Below, one piece after another: positions 38,723-47,917 of a DNA stretch of 64,000 bases (position 1 is the first letter of the stretch; every line of letters begins with the position of its first letter). The notes beneath the pieces were generated by a model that saw only the letters and a list, made by a program, of their open reading frames with translations, did no database searches and was not told the origin of the DNA. The DNA comes from an uncultured Rubripirellula sp. GTDB lineage: Bacteria > Planctomycetota > Planctomycetia > Pirellulales > Pirellulaceae. Position numbers and translations under genes: made by a program. The stretch spans positions 32,001 to 96,000 of the forward strand of contig CALKGR010000001.1 of NCBI GenBank assembly GCA_938085445.1, written 5' to 3'.

Positions 38723-40969
38723 ATGTATTTGAGTTTCGACTTCATCGGCCGCCGCGTATCACTTGCAATGCTTGCTGTTGCATGGGTTGTAACGTCCGCT
38801 GCCGCCGCTGATTGGCCTTACTGGCGTGGCCCCACATTTGACGGAACCGCTGAGGCAACTGGGCTACCAGATAACTGGGATCCCACTGGCGGCGAAGACA
38901 GCAATGTACTCTGGACACGTGACGACATTGGTGGGCCTTGCACGCCGATCGCAATGGACGGAAGAATCTATACAATTCAGCGGTCCATGCCCGCCACTGA
39001 TCGCGAAGGCGAAAAAGTTGTTTGCCTCGATGCTGTCACAGGAAAGACTCTTTGGGAAAACGCGTACAACGTTTGGCTCTCTGACGTCCCAGCTGAACGC
39101 ATTGGCTGGAGCAGTGTCGTGGGTGACCCTGAGACTGGTAAGGTCTATGCCTTGGGCGCCTGTGATATTTTCCAGTGCATGGATGGTACAACAGGTGAAA
39201 CCCTTTGGAGCATTCCTCTGCATGAACAATTCGGGATGCTCAGCACCTACGGAGGCCGGACGAACTTTCCAATCGTTCACGAAAACCTGGTGATCATCAG
39301 TGGGATCATTATCAACTGGGGAGATGCCGCCAAGCCTAACCACAGGCTAATTGCACTGGATAAAAATACGGGCGAGGTGATCTGGTTCAGTGGAACACGA
39401 GACCTTCCATTTGACACCACCTACTCAGCACCAAGCTTGGTCACGATTGATGGTCAGCGGCAACTGGTCATGGGTGCTGGTGATGGCGCAATTTGGGGCT
39501 TTCAACCTCGCACGGGAAAACCGTTGTGGCATTACAACCTTTCCCGCCGCGGCATCTTTGCCACACCACTTGTGGTTGGCAATCAGGTTTTCGCAAGTCA
39601 CAGCGAAGAAAATGTCGCGCCCAACAACAATGTGATGGGCGCCGTGGCTGGTCTTCGCGTCTCGGGCACCGGAGATGATACAAAAGTCGAAGAACTCTGG
39701 AAGCAAATGGAAGTCGTCGCAGGATACAGTGAACCGGTTCTGATCGGGGATCGACTTTATGTGGTGGACGACCGCTGCAAAATGTGGATTTTTGACGCTG
39801 AGACAGGGACACCGATCGTTGAACGTAAATCTTTCGTTGGCAGTCGTCAGCGTTCCGCTCTGCTTCATGCAGATGGAAAAATCTATGTCCTGACAGAAAA
39901 TGGTCGTTGGGCAGTCATCGTTCCTGACGAAGAAGATGGCTTTAAAATCCTCAACAAGGGCCGCGTTCGCAACACAGGCTTTGCAGGATCACCCATCGTT
40001 GCTGATGGCCGCCTCTATTTTCCCAGCACCACTGGCCTCTATTGTGTTGCCGCTGATGGCGGCAGCCAAAAACCGGTTGTGATGGCAGAATCCATGGGAA
40101 AAGAAACACCCGTTTCGGAAAACCCAACGATCACACAAGTGCAGATCGTTCCTGCTGAATCAGTCGTCAAGCCAGGTGAGAAAATCCAACTGAAAGTAAA
40201 CGTCTTCAATGTGCTCGGTCAGCAGCTCGAAACACCATCAGATGTGACTTTCGAAGTGATCGGGGCCGGTAAAATTGACGGGTCGACCTACGTTGCTCCT
40301 GAAGATGCGGCACACACAGGTACGACCATCATTGCCAAAGTCGGTGATGCCACTGGAAGAACGCGTACACGGATTGTCCCTGACCTGCCATGGAAGTTCA
40401 CTTTTGATAATCTGAAAGACCCACCGCTTTCATGGGTGGGAGCGCGGTATCGTCATGTCATCCGCAATATTGATGGCTCACCTGCTTTGACCAAGATCTC
40501 GACCATCCCGAAAGGAGCTCGCAGTCGAGCATGGATGGGCTACAGTGACCTGTCTGAGTACACGATTGCCGCAGATGCACGCGGAGCCCGCATGAGCGAT
40601 CAGCTCCCAGATATTGGACTCACCGCGCACGGTTATGTTTTAGATCTGATGGGCGAAAGCCAACAGCTACAGATCCGCACATGGTCTGCACAACTCAGAA
40701 TGGCAAAAACCATTCCGTTCCCATGGAAAGAAGATACATGGTATCGAATGAAATTCCGTGTGGATCTTGAAAGTGAGCCGCCAGCAGCAGTGGCCGTTCT
40801 GCGAGGCAAAGTATGGCCCCGGGATGAAAATGAGCCCAAGGAATGGACCATCACTGCACGGGATGAAGCCCCCAACCTCGCGTCGAGTCCGGGCTTGTAT
40901 GGCAATGCAAAAGTCGCTGAGCTGTACCTCGACAATGTCGAAGTCACCGCCAACACTGAAGAACCCTGA
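38723..40969 (+). CDS. Secreted PQQ-like (BamB-type) beta-propeller protein with C-terminal Ig-like and lectin-like domains
   Basis: Signal peptide then ADWPYWRGP; repeated xDxxTGxxxW blades; C-terminal beta-rich WYRMKFRV...GKVWP...PGLYG. Confidence 0.82.
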   Translation: MYLSFDFIGRRVSLAMLAVAWVVTSAAAADWPYWRGPTFDGTAEATGLPDNWDPTGGEDSNVLWTRDDIGGPCTPIAMDGRIYTIQRSMPATDREGEKVVCLDAVTGKTLWENAYNVWLSDVPAERIGWSSVVGDPETGKVYALGACDIFQCMDGTTGETLWSIPLHEQFGMLSTYGGRTNFPIVHENLVIISGIIINWGDAAKPNHRLIALDKNTGEVIWFSGTRDLPFDTTYSAPSLVTIDGQRQLVMGAGDGAIWGFQPRTGKPLWHYNLSRRGIFATPLVVGNQVFASHSEENVAPNNNVMGAVAGLRVSGTGDDTKVEELWKQMEVVAGYSEPVLIGDRLYVVDDRCKMWIFDAETGTPIVERKSFVGSRQRSALLHADGKIYVLTENGRWAVIVPDEEDGFKILNKGRVRNTGFAGSPIVADGRLYFPSTTGLYCVAADGGSQKPVVMAESMGKETPVSENPTITQVQIVPAESVVKPGEKIQLKVNVFNVLGQQLETPSDVTFEVIGAGKIDGSTYVAPEDAAHTGTTIIAKVGDATGRTRTRIVPDLPWKFTFDNLKDPPLSWVGARYRHVIRNIDGSPALTKISTIPKGARSRAWMGYSDLSEYTIAADARGARMSDQLPDIGLTAHGYVLDLMGESQQLQIRTWSAQLRMAKTIPFPWKEDTWYRMKFRVDLESEPPAAVAVLRGKVWPRDENEPKEWTITARDEAPNLASSPGLYGNAKVAELYLDNVEVTANTEEP

Positions 40970-41076
40970 ATCCGCTTAGCCATAAATTTTGACTCAGAGC
41001 ACTGCACTGCCAGCCAAAGCTCTGAATAACTGAAGTTTAACTGACAAAAAAACCTCCACCAAATCCCTAGTGAGTC

Positions 41077-43239
41077 ATGCGTAATAACGAACTTTCCGCT
41101 TGGACTTTATTGGTCGCATCTGCCGTTCTTGGCAGCGTAACCATGCTTTCCCTGAGCGGCTGCAAGCCACCAGAAACAACCGAAGTCGATGTTTCGACCG
41201 GAGAATATGTCGAGAGCAATACGACGGCTAGTGACAGCAACGTCACCACCACAATATCGCAGGCGGTCGAAACTCCAATACCCAGTGACAACGCTGCCAG
41301 TGACAACGCTGCTGCCGCTGTCAAAGATGCGACCACTGCTGACGCAGCCAAGCAGCTGATTGCCGACAATTCTGCGGAAGTCGTTTCCTCTGGCGGCGAC
41401 TGGCCCCAATGGGGTGGCACGCGTCAGCGTAACAACACACCGGGAGTCAAGAATCTTCCACTCGAGTGGAATATCGGCAAATTTGATCGACGAACGGGTG
41501 ATTGGGATGACACGAAAGCAAAAAACATCCGTTGGTTCTCAAATCTGGGAAGCCAAACCTATGGCAATCCTGTAATTGCTGAGGGCCAGGTCTATGTGGG
41601 AACCAACAACGGTGCTGGTCACCTCAAACGCTTCCCATCGAAAGTAGATTTGGGTTGCTTACTTGCCTTCGATGAAAAAACTGGCGATTTCAAATGGCAG
41701 CACAGCAGTGAAAAGCTGATCACAGGTCGCGTTCACGACTGGCCACTGCAGGGCATTTGCTGCTCTCCTCTGGTTGAGGGAAACCGACTTTGGTTTGTCA
41801 CCAGTCGAGGTGAAGTACGTTGCCTTGATACCGAAGGCTTTTACGACAACGAAGATGATGGTCCAGTGAAAGACGAAATGGTCTCTTTAGCTGCCATCAT
41901 GAACGCTGGTCCATCCGCCGAGGCATTCGAACTGGCGTTAGCGGGCCTTGCCGAAGGTAAACTGACGGATGCCGCCAAAGCAGCTTTAGCAGCTGCCGGA
42001 GCAGAAGTCGAAGGTGACGTCAAAATCGAAACAGTGACCGAGGGTAAGTCATGGACCGCTCAGGGTAAATTCGATGGCATCGACCGGGAACTCACGATCA
42101 AACAGATCGGACCCCGCATTAAGTTCTTCAAGAAGCTAGGTACCTCGGATAAACGAGATGCGGACGTGATTTGGGTTTACAACATGATGGGTCCCGAAAT
42201 GGGCATCAGTCAGCACAATATGTGCTCATGCAGCGTGACCAGCTATGGCGATCTGCTGTTCGTCAATACGGGCAACGGACTCGACGAATCTCACCTGAAT
42301 CTACCGGCTCCTGATGCTCCCAGTTTCATCTGCATGAACAAGAATACTGGTGAAGTCCTATGGACCGATGGTGCGCCCGCCAAGAACATTTTGCACGGTC
42401 AGTGGTCAAGCCCAACCGTGGGAACATTCGATGGTGTGCCACAGGCTTTATTTGCTGGTGGCGATGGGATTCTTTACAGCTTTCGAGCTGACGAAGGGAA
42501 AGATGGCAATCCAGAATTACTCTGGAAGTTCGACTGCAACCCTAAAACCAGCAAGTGGGTCCTTGGTGGTGAAGGCACTCGCAATAATTTGATCGCCACT
42601 CCCGTCGTTTACGATGGGCTTGTCTACATCGCAGTCGGCCAAGATCCCGAACACGGCGAGGGCGAGGGGCATCTTTGGTGCATCAACCCGAACATGCGAG
42701 GTGATATTTCGCCAACGCTTGCAATGAAACTTGGTGACGATGGAAAGCGAATCCCCATTCCCCATCGTCGTATTCAAGCAGTGGAGCCAGAAAATGGCGA
42801 GGTAGAAGTTGACAATCCAAACTCCGGCGTGGTGTGGCACTACAGTATGCTTGACACGAATGGTGATGAAGAAATTGACTTCGAGGAAGAGATGCACCGT
42901 TCAATTGGCACATGTGCAATCAAAGATGATGTTCTTTATGTTGCTGACTTTTCCGGACTCGTCCACTGCCTGGATGCGAAAGGTACAAAAGATGGTAAGC
43001 CTATCGTCCACTTCACTTATGACATGCTTGCCCAAAGTTGGGGCAGTCCGCTAATCGCTGATGGACATGTCTTCATCGGTGATGAAGATGGGGATGTTGC
43101 CATTTTCGAATTTGGAAAAGAAAACGTCGAACCCATCGATGAAATCAACATGGGCAGCAGTGTTTACAGCACTCCTGTGGGTGCCAATGAATCAATTTTC
43201 ATCAGCACAAAAGACAAACTTTTCTCAATCGGAAAGTAA
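41077..43239 (+). CDS. PQQ-like beta-propeller lipoprotein
   Basis: Lipobox LSGC (Cys29), T/A/S-rich linker, DWPQWGG, FDEKTGDFKW and NKNTGEVLW blades, SP motifs. Confidence 0.82.
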   Translation: MRNNELSAWTLLVASAVLGSVTMLSLSGCKPPETTEVDVSTGEYVESNTTASDSNVTTTISQAVETPIPSDNAASDNAAAAVKDATTADAAKQLIADNSAEVVSSGGDWPQWGGTRQRNNTPGVKNLPLEWNIGKFDRRTGDWDDTKAKNIRWFSNLGSQTYGNPVIAEGQVYVGTNNGAGHLKRFPSKVDLGCLLAFDEKTGDFKWQHSSEKLITGRVHDWPLQGICCSPLVEGNRLWFVTSRGEVRCLDTEGFYDNEDDGPVKDEMVSLAAIMNAGPSAEAFELALAGLAEGKLTDAAKAALAAAGAEVEGDVKIETVTEGKSWTAQGKFDGIDRELTIKQIGPRIKFFKKLGTSDKRDADVIWVYNMMGPEMGISQHNMCSCSVTSYGDLLFVNTGNGLDESHLNLPAPDAPSFICMNKNTGEVLWTDGAPAKNILHGQWSSPTVGTFDGVPQALFAGGDGILYSFRADEGKDGNPELLWKFDCNPKTSKWVLGGEGTRNNLIATPVVYDGLVYIAVGQDPEHGEGEGHLWCINPNMRGDISPTLAMKLGDDGKRIPIPHRRIQAVEPENGEVEVDNPNSGVVWHYSMLDTNGDEEIDFEEEMHRSIGTCAIKDDVLYVADFSGLVHCLDAKGTKDGKPIVHFTYDMLAQSWGSPLIADGHVFIGDEDGDVAIFEFGKENVEPIDEINMGSSVYSTPVGANESIFISTKDKLFSIGK

Positions 43240-43276
43240 ATAGACTGAATACACAGTCAATCATCTCTACACGACC

Positions 43277-43315
43277 AACAATCCTTTGGAAAAACGAAAT
43301 TGCCAAAGGGTTGTT
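43277..43315 (+). terminator. Intergenic hairpin (terminator/processing-site candidate)
   Basis: 13-bp stem AACAATCCTTTGG/CCAAAGGGTTGTT (one G.U) 37 bp after the propeller stop; T-run 4 nt downstream. Confidence 0.45.
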
Positions 43316-43338
43316 CCGATTTTTACTTAAAAAACAAA

Positions 43339-43722
43339 ATGTCAAAAACTCTCTTGGACTGCGGTAATTGTGGTCCCGATTTTCATGCGATCAGACAAAT
43401 GGTGTCGAATCACTTCGGAGCCTCCGTTGTTCAGTCGCATGGAGTCGAAGATACGCTCGAATTGCTTCGTAACCAATCGGTCGACCTTGTTACCGTCAAT
43501 CGCAAACTCGACCGGGACTACAGTGACGGGCTTGATGTGGCTGTCGCGATCAAATCGGATCCCGAACTGGGCTCGATCCCAGTAATGCTGGTTACCAACT
43601 ACGACGAGCACCAAGAGACGGCCATGGCTGCCGGTTGCGTCAAGGGCTTTGGTAAACTTGCCATCAAAGATCCTGAGACACGAAACCTCTTAGAGCCGTT
43701 CTTACAATCCAAAACGGAATGA
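43339..43722 (+). CDS. Atypical single-domain response regulator (pseudo-receiver)
   Basis: Receiver pattern VDLVTVN...DGLDV...IKSDPELGSIPVMLVT...AMAAG...GK; Asn at the phospho-Asp position. Confidence 0.8.
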   Translation: MSKTLLDCGNCGPDFHAIRQMVSNHFGASVVQSHGVEDTLELLRNQSVDLVTVNRKLDRDYSDGLDVAVAIKSDPELGSIPVMLVTNYDEHQETAMAAGCVKGFGKLAIKDPETRNLLEPFLQSKTE

Positions 43723-43866
43723 CTCAATGAGTCAGCACTGCACCCCAAAACGCATCCTCTGGAAAAGAAGATCGTAAACCGCTTTCGGGTCTCGTTCCAC
43801 TTGCTGGGCTTCTCTTGAACCTGATGGCGGCTAGGATGGAGAAGAACCCAAGCACAGAAAGAGTCG

Positions 43867-44277
43867 ATGAACGGTAAGTATCGAAAGCTTCTCGCAGCCA
43901 AAATTCACCGCGCCACGGTCACTGCCGCGGATGTTGACTACGAGGGAAGTGTGACCATTCCACCTGAACTACTTGAAGCGGCGTCCATTCACCCCTACGA
44001 GTCGATCCATGTCTGGAACACCTCGCGTGGAACGCGGCTGGAAACCTACGCCATCGCTGGGCTCAAGGGCTCAAATGATATTTGCGCCAACGGAGCCGCG
44101 GCTCACCTGATTCGCCCGGGCGACAAAGTCATCCTCGCCGCTTACACAATGGTGCCAGAGGACGAAATCAATTCGCACCAACCACAACTGATTTTCGTGA
44201 ATGAAGCAAATCGAGTCGTTCGCTCTGGGCCTGAAGTACCAGGTCCACAGCGACGCAACGCTACAAAAGGCTATTAA
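43867..44277 (+). CDS. panD: Aspartate 1-decarboxylase
   Basis: KIHRATVT, YEG-SVTI self-cleavage site, RLETYAI, NGAAAH, GDKVI. Confidence 0.95.
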   Translation: MNGKYRKLLAAKIHRATVTAADVDYEGSVTIPPELLEAASIHPYESIHVWNTSRGTRLETYAIAGLKGSNDICANGAAAHLIRPGDKVILAAYTMVPEDEINSHQPQLIFVNEANRVVRSGPEVPGPQRRNATKGY

Positions 44278-44282
44278 TTCAC

Positions 44283-44828
44283 GTGCAAGGATTCGGAATA
44301 GTCATCATTGCCATCCTGATTGGCTTGGTAGCCGGGTGCCTGCTAGGCACTCAGCCGAGCGTGAATGGCCAATTGGGTAGGTATCTCGAGCACCCCCTGC
44401 AGGCGTCGCTCATCTCTTTTGCTAGCGGAACGCTGATCCTTCTAGTGCTGTCGGTGGTGACCGGAACCTTTCCGCCAGTCTTCACAGCACCACCTCGGGA
44501 ATTTCCGTGGTGGATTTGGTTTGGAGGTGCCATTGGCGTGGTTTTGGTGACCAGTTCGTTGATTTTAGTGCCTCGAGTAGGTTCACTTCCCTGGTTTGCG
44601 GCAGTGATGACAGGTCAGACCATCGCTGCACTGCTATTGGATCATTTTGGTTTATTGGGTAATCCCCGTGCCGAGGCGTCCCCGCTTAGACTGCTCGGAG
44701 CGGGTTTCCTAATCGCCGGTGTGCTGGTAATTGTTCAGGCCAAGCGGATGGAACATTCACGCACTTTGAGGCCACCTGGACCGGAGTCCCAAGAATCGAA
44801 TTCGCCACCCGCGAATCGATTTCAGTGA
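44283..44828 (+). CDS. DMT family transporter, YdcZ/DUF606-like
   Basis: QPSVNGQL, PWWIWFGGAIG, GQTIAALLLDHFGLLG. Confidence 0.85.
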   Translation: MQGFGIVIIAILIGLVAGCLLGTQPSVNGQLGRYLEHPLQASLISFASGTLILLVLSVVTGTFPPVFTAPPREFPWWIWFGGAIGVVLVTSSLILVPRVGSLPWFAAVMTGQTIAALLLDHFGLLGNPRAEASPLRLLGAGFLIAGVLVIVQAKRMEHSRTLRPPGPESQESNSPPANRFQ

Positions 44829-44999
44829 CATTTCCCTCCCCCAAACGGCTTTTTAGACAGGAAATAGCTAATCTTCCGACCTACAAATCCCCCAATTGCA
44901 AGGAAACCTTGATGATCCGCACAATCCACGGTTGAGGCAAAATTTAACCGTGCCTATTGTAGTGAGGTGAATACAGCTATGAGTTCAGTCCCCCCAGAA

Positions 45000-45491
45000 A
45001 TGAAATACCGCCAGATCGACAAAATCACCGCCATTGAGCCGGGAAAACGGCTCACAGCGGAGAGGACGTTGCGCGCAGACGAGGAGTACCTGAAGGATCA
45101 TTTTCCGCGATTTCCGGTGATGCCCGGAGTGATGATGCTGGAAGCCCTTCATCAGGCTGCTGTCTGGCTGGTCAGATCCGACGATGACTTCAAAACACCA
45201 TTGGTATTGCTTCGAGAGACGCGAAGCGTCAAGTTCGGCGACTTTCTGGCCCCCGGCGAGACCCTGCAAATCGCAGTAGATGTAGTCAAACAAGATGGAA
45301 ATCACACCACGGTAAAGGCATCCGCAACGAAACAGGGGCGAGTAACTGTCTCTGCACGACTGATACTTGAACGCTGTTTCACAGGAGATCCAGAGCATTT
45401 TGGCACTGACGCCAAGGTGTTGGAATCAACGAAAGAACAGTTCCTGGAACTTACAAAACAACTTACAGAGCAAGTCGTCCTGAGCGACTGA
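45000..45491 (+). CDS. FabZ-like 3-hydroxyacyl-ACP dehydratase (catalytic His present)
   Basis: DHFPRFPVMPGVMMLEALHQ hot-dog motif, VKF...PGETL. Confidence 0.88.
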   Translation: MKYRQIDKITAIEPGKRLTAERTLRADEEYLKDHFPRFPVMPGVMMLEALHQAAVWLVRSDDDFKTPLVLLRETRSVKFGDFLAPGETLQIAVDVVKQDGNHTTVKASATKQGRVTVSARLILERCFTGDPEHFGTDAKVLESTKEQFLELTKQLTEQVVLSD

Positions 45492-45545
45492 CTCGATCCA
45501 TATCACTACACTCAAATTACGACACGTTCGCAAAAGGATTCACTG

Positions 45546-45941
45546 ATGGGCCTTTCCCAAGACGACATTTTCGAAAAGGTACAAGAAGCTCTGGTTGACG
45601 CGTTGGGCGTTGATGATGATGAAGTCAATCACGAAGCAACCTTGGTGGGAGATCTGGGTGCTGAGTCCATCGATTTTCTCGACATCGTGTTCAAGCTTGA
45701 AAAATCATTCGACATCAATATTGAACGGACAGAACTGGCACCTGAGGACATCCTCACTAACGGTGACTATGTCAAGGATGGAGTCGTGACAGCTGACGGC
45801 ATGGCAGAACTGAAAAGGCGAATGCCATGGGCCAATATGAGTGAGTTCGAGCAGAACCCTCGCGTGCAGGACTTCGGTAATCTTCTGACTGTTGGCGATC
45901 TTTGCAGTTACGTCGGTAGTAAAGTCGGTAGTGACAACTGA
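45546..45941 (+). CDS. Acyl carrier protein with internal insertion
   Basis: DLGAESIDFLDIVFKLEKSF (Ser41 attachment site), helix IV TVGDL; 131 aa, acidic. Confidence 0.9.
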   Translation: MGLSQDDIFEKVQEALVDALGVDDDEVNHEATLVGDLGAESIDFLDIVFKLEKSFDINIERTELAPEDILTNGDYVKDGVVTADGMAELKRRMPWANMSEFEQNPRVQDFGNLLTVGDLCSYVGSKVGSDN

Positions 45942-46021
45942 ATTAGCTGTCCAAGAATTTTGCTCACAGGGAACGATCAACTTCCAGTTTCCAATTTTTT
46001 CTCTTTGTGGTTCATGAACCA

Positions 46022-46528
46022 ATGCGCTGGTTTTGGATTGATCGATTCACCGAATTTGTAAGCGGCAGTCACGCTCGTGGGTACAAAAACGTAACGCTGG
46101 CAGAAGAGGCGTTAGACGATTACTGCCCAGGGTTTCCCATGCTACCACCGACTTTGATTATAGAGGGCATGGCTCAAATGGGTGGGATTCTTGTCTCAGA
46201 GCACTTCCAGTTTGACAAGCATGTGGTGCTCGCCAAGGTCGGGAAAGCGAAGTTTCATAAACCAGCACGCAACGGCGATCAACTTTCGTTGGCAGTTGAC
46301 TTAGACGCCGTTCAGGACACTGGAGCGACAGTGACCTGCCTCAGTCACTCAGCCGACGAACTTCAAGCGGAAATTAATTTGATGTTCGCGTTTCTGGAAG
46401 ATGGTCGGTTCACAGATGGCCCACTATTCAACCCAGGTATGCTCAGAGACATGCTACGGATGATGAATTTTTTCCATGTGGCAGTGGATCCCGATGGAAA
46501 CCCTGTCAAAGAATATACGAACATCTAG
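46022..46528 (+). CDS. FabZ-like hot-dog protein lacking the catalytic His
   Basis: IDRF...GYKNVT...DDYCPGFPMLPPTLIIEGMAQ...AKFHKPARNGDQL. Confidence 0.82.
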   Translation: MRWFWIDRFTEFVSGSHARGYKNVTLAEEALDDYCPGFPMLPPTLIIEGMAQMGGILVSEHFQFDKHVVLAKVGKAKFHKPARNGDQLSLAVDLDAVQDTGATVTCLSHSADELQAEINLMFAFLEDGRFTDGPLFNPGMLRDMLRMMNFFHVAVDPDGNPVKEYTNI

Positions 46529-46598
46529 TTCCAATCTCACCACGGTCGGTCAAAGTCCACCGTTAACTGCTTCCCACACTTCCAAGAAAGCTCGCCCG

Positions 46599-47882
46599 AT
46601 GCGTCGCCGTGTAGTCGTAACCGGAATCGGAATGGTCAACCCAATGGGGCATGACGCTGACACCGTATGGTCTGGCTTGAAAGAAGGGCAAAGTGGTGTG
46701 GCAAATACCACCCTCTTTGACGCCAGTGGCTTTCCCACCAAGATCAGCGCCGAGGTCAAGAATTGGGATATCACTGATTCAGGAGAATCAGCTGAGGATT
46801 GGAAAGATCGTGGTAGACACACCAAGTTTGCTGCCGGTGCCGCTAAACAGGCAATTGCCGACAGCGGTGTTCTGGATTCCATCACCGATCCGGTTCGCTT
46901 TGGCGTTTACTTGGGCAGTGGCGAAGGCAATCAGGATTTCAGGACGTTCAGCCAAATGATGGCCGCCGCGTTAGCTGATGGCGAGTATGACGCAGCAAAG
47001 TTCATCAAGTCGGGAATTGAATTACTGAATCCTGCTAAAGAGCTCGAGCAAGAACCCAACATGCCTGCTGCTCATCTGGCAACCATGTTCAATGCACAGG
47101 GCCCAAATCTCAACTGTCTAACGGCTTGTGCAGCCAGCAGCCAAGCAGTCGGCGAGGCCACTGAGATTATTCGTCGCGGTGATGCCGACACCATGTTGGC
47201 GGGTGGAACGCACAGCATGATTCACCCGTTTGGTGTCACCGGCTTCAACTTACTCACAGCGCTCAGCGAAAGCAATGATGAGCCAACCAAGGCCAGTCGC
47301 CCCTTTGATCGCCTTCGGAATGGTTTCGTCCTCGGTGAAGGATCTGCAATGGTGATTCTGGAAGAACTCGAGGCTGCCAAAGCTCGCGGAGCGAATATCT
47401 ACGGCGAGATTGCCGGATATGGGACTACCGCAGATGCTTATCGCATCACAGATATTCCACCAGATGGGCATGGTGGAATTGCCGCCATGCGAATGTCCAT
47501 TGCTGATGCTGGCTTGCAACCTTCCGACATTCAATATGTCAACGCTCACGGCACAAGCACAACAGTCAATGATAAAGTTGAATCCAAAGCCTGTCGTGAT
47601 GTTTTTGGTGAGCACGCTGCCAAGATTCCCGTGAGCAGCACGAAAAGCATGATGGGACACCTGATTGCGGCTGCGGGAGTTACAGAAATGATTGTGTGCT
47701 TGTTGGCCATGCGTGATTCGGTGCTACCACCAACAATCAATTACGAAAACCCTGATCCCGAATGCGACCTTGATTACGTCCCCAACGAGGCGAGAGAAGC
47801 CGAAATTCGGTACGCGCTCAACAATAGCTTTGGCTTCGGAGGACAAAATGTCACCCTCTGCCTGAGTCGCTACGCGGGCTGA
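46599..47882 (+). CDS. fabF: Beta-ketoacyl-ACP synthase II family ketosynthase
   Basis: RRVVVTGIG, TACAAS (Cys), VNAHGTST and MMGHLIAAAG (His, His), NSFGFGGQN. Confidence 0.9.
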   Translation: MRRRVVVTGIGMVNPMGHDADTVWSGLKEGQSGVANTTLFDASGFPTKISAEVKNWDITDSGESAEDWKDRGRHTKFAAGAAKQAIADSGVLDSITDPVRFGVYLGSGEGNQDFRTFSQMMAAALADGEYDAAKFIKSGIELLNPAKELEQEPNMPAAHLATMFNAQGPNLNCLTACAASSQAVGEATEIIRRGDADTMLAGGTHSMIHPFGVTGFNLLTALSESNDEPTKASRPFDRLRNGFVLGEGSAMVILEELEAAKARGANIYGEIAGYGTTADAYRITDIPPDGHGGIAAMRMSIADAGLQPSDIQYVNAHGTSTTVNDKVESKACRDVFGEHAAKIPVSSTKSMMGHLIAAAGVTEMIVCLLAMRDSVLPPTINYENPDPECDLDYVPNEAREAEIRYALNNSFGFGGQNVTLCLSRYAG

Positions 47883-47917
47883 TCTCGAACGCAAATGGAC
47901 GATTCCAAGAGCTTGTC

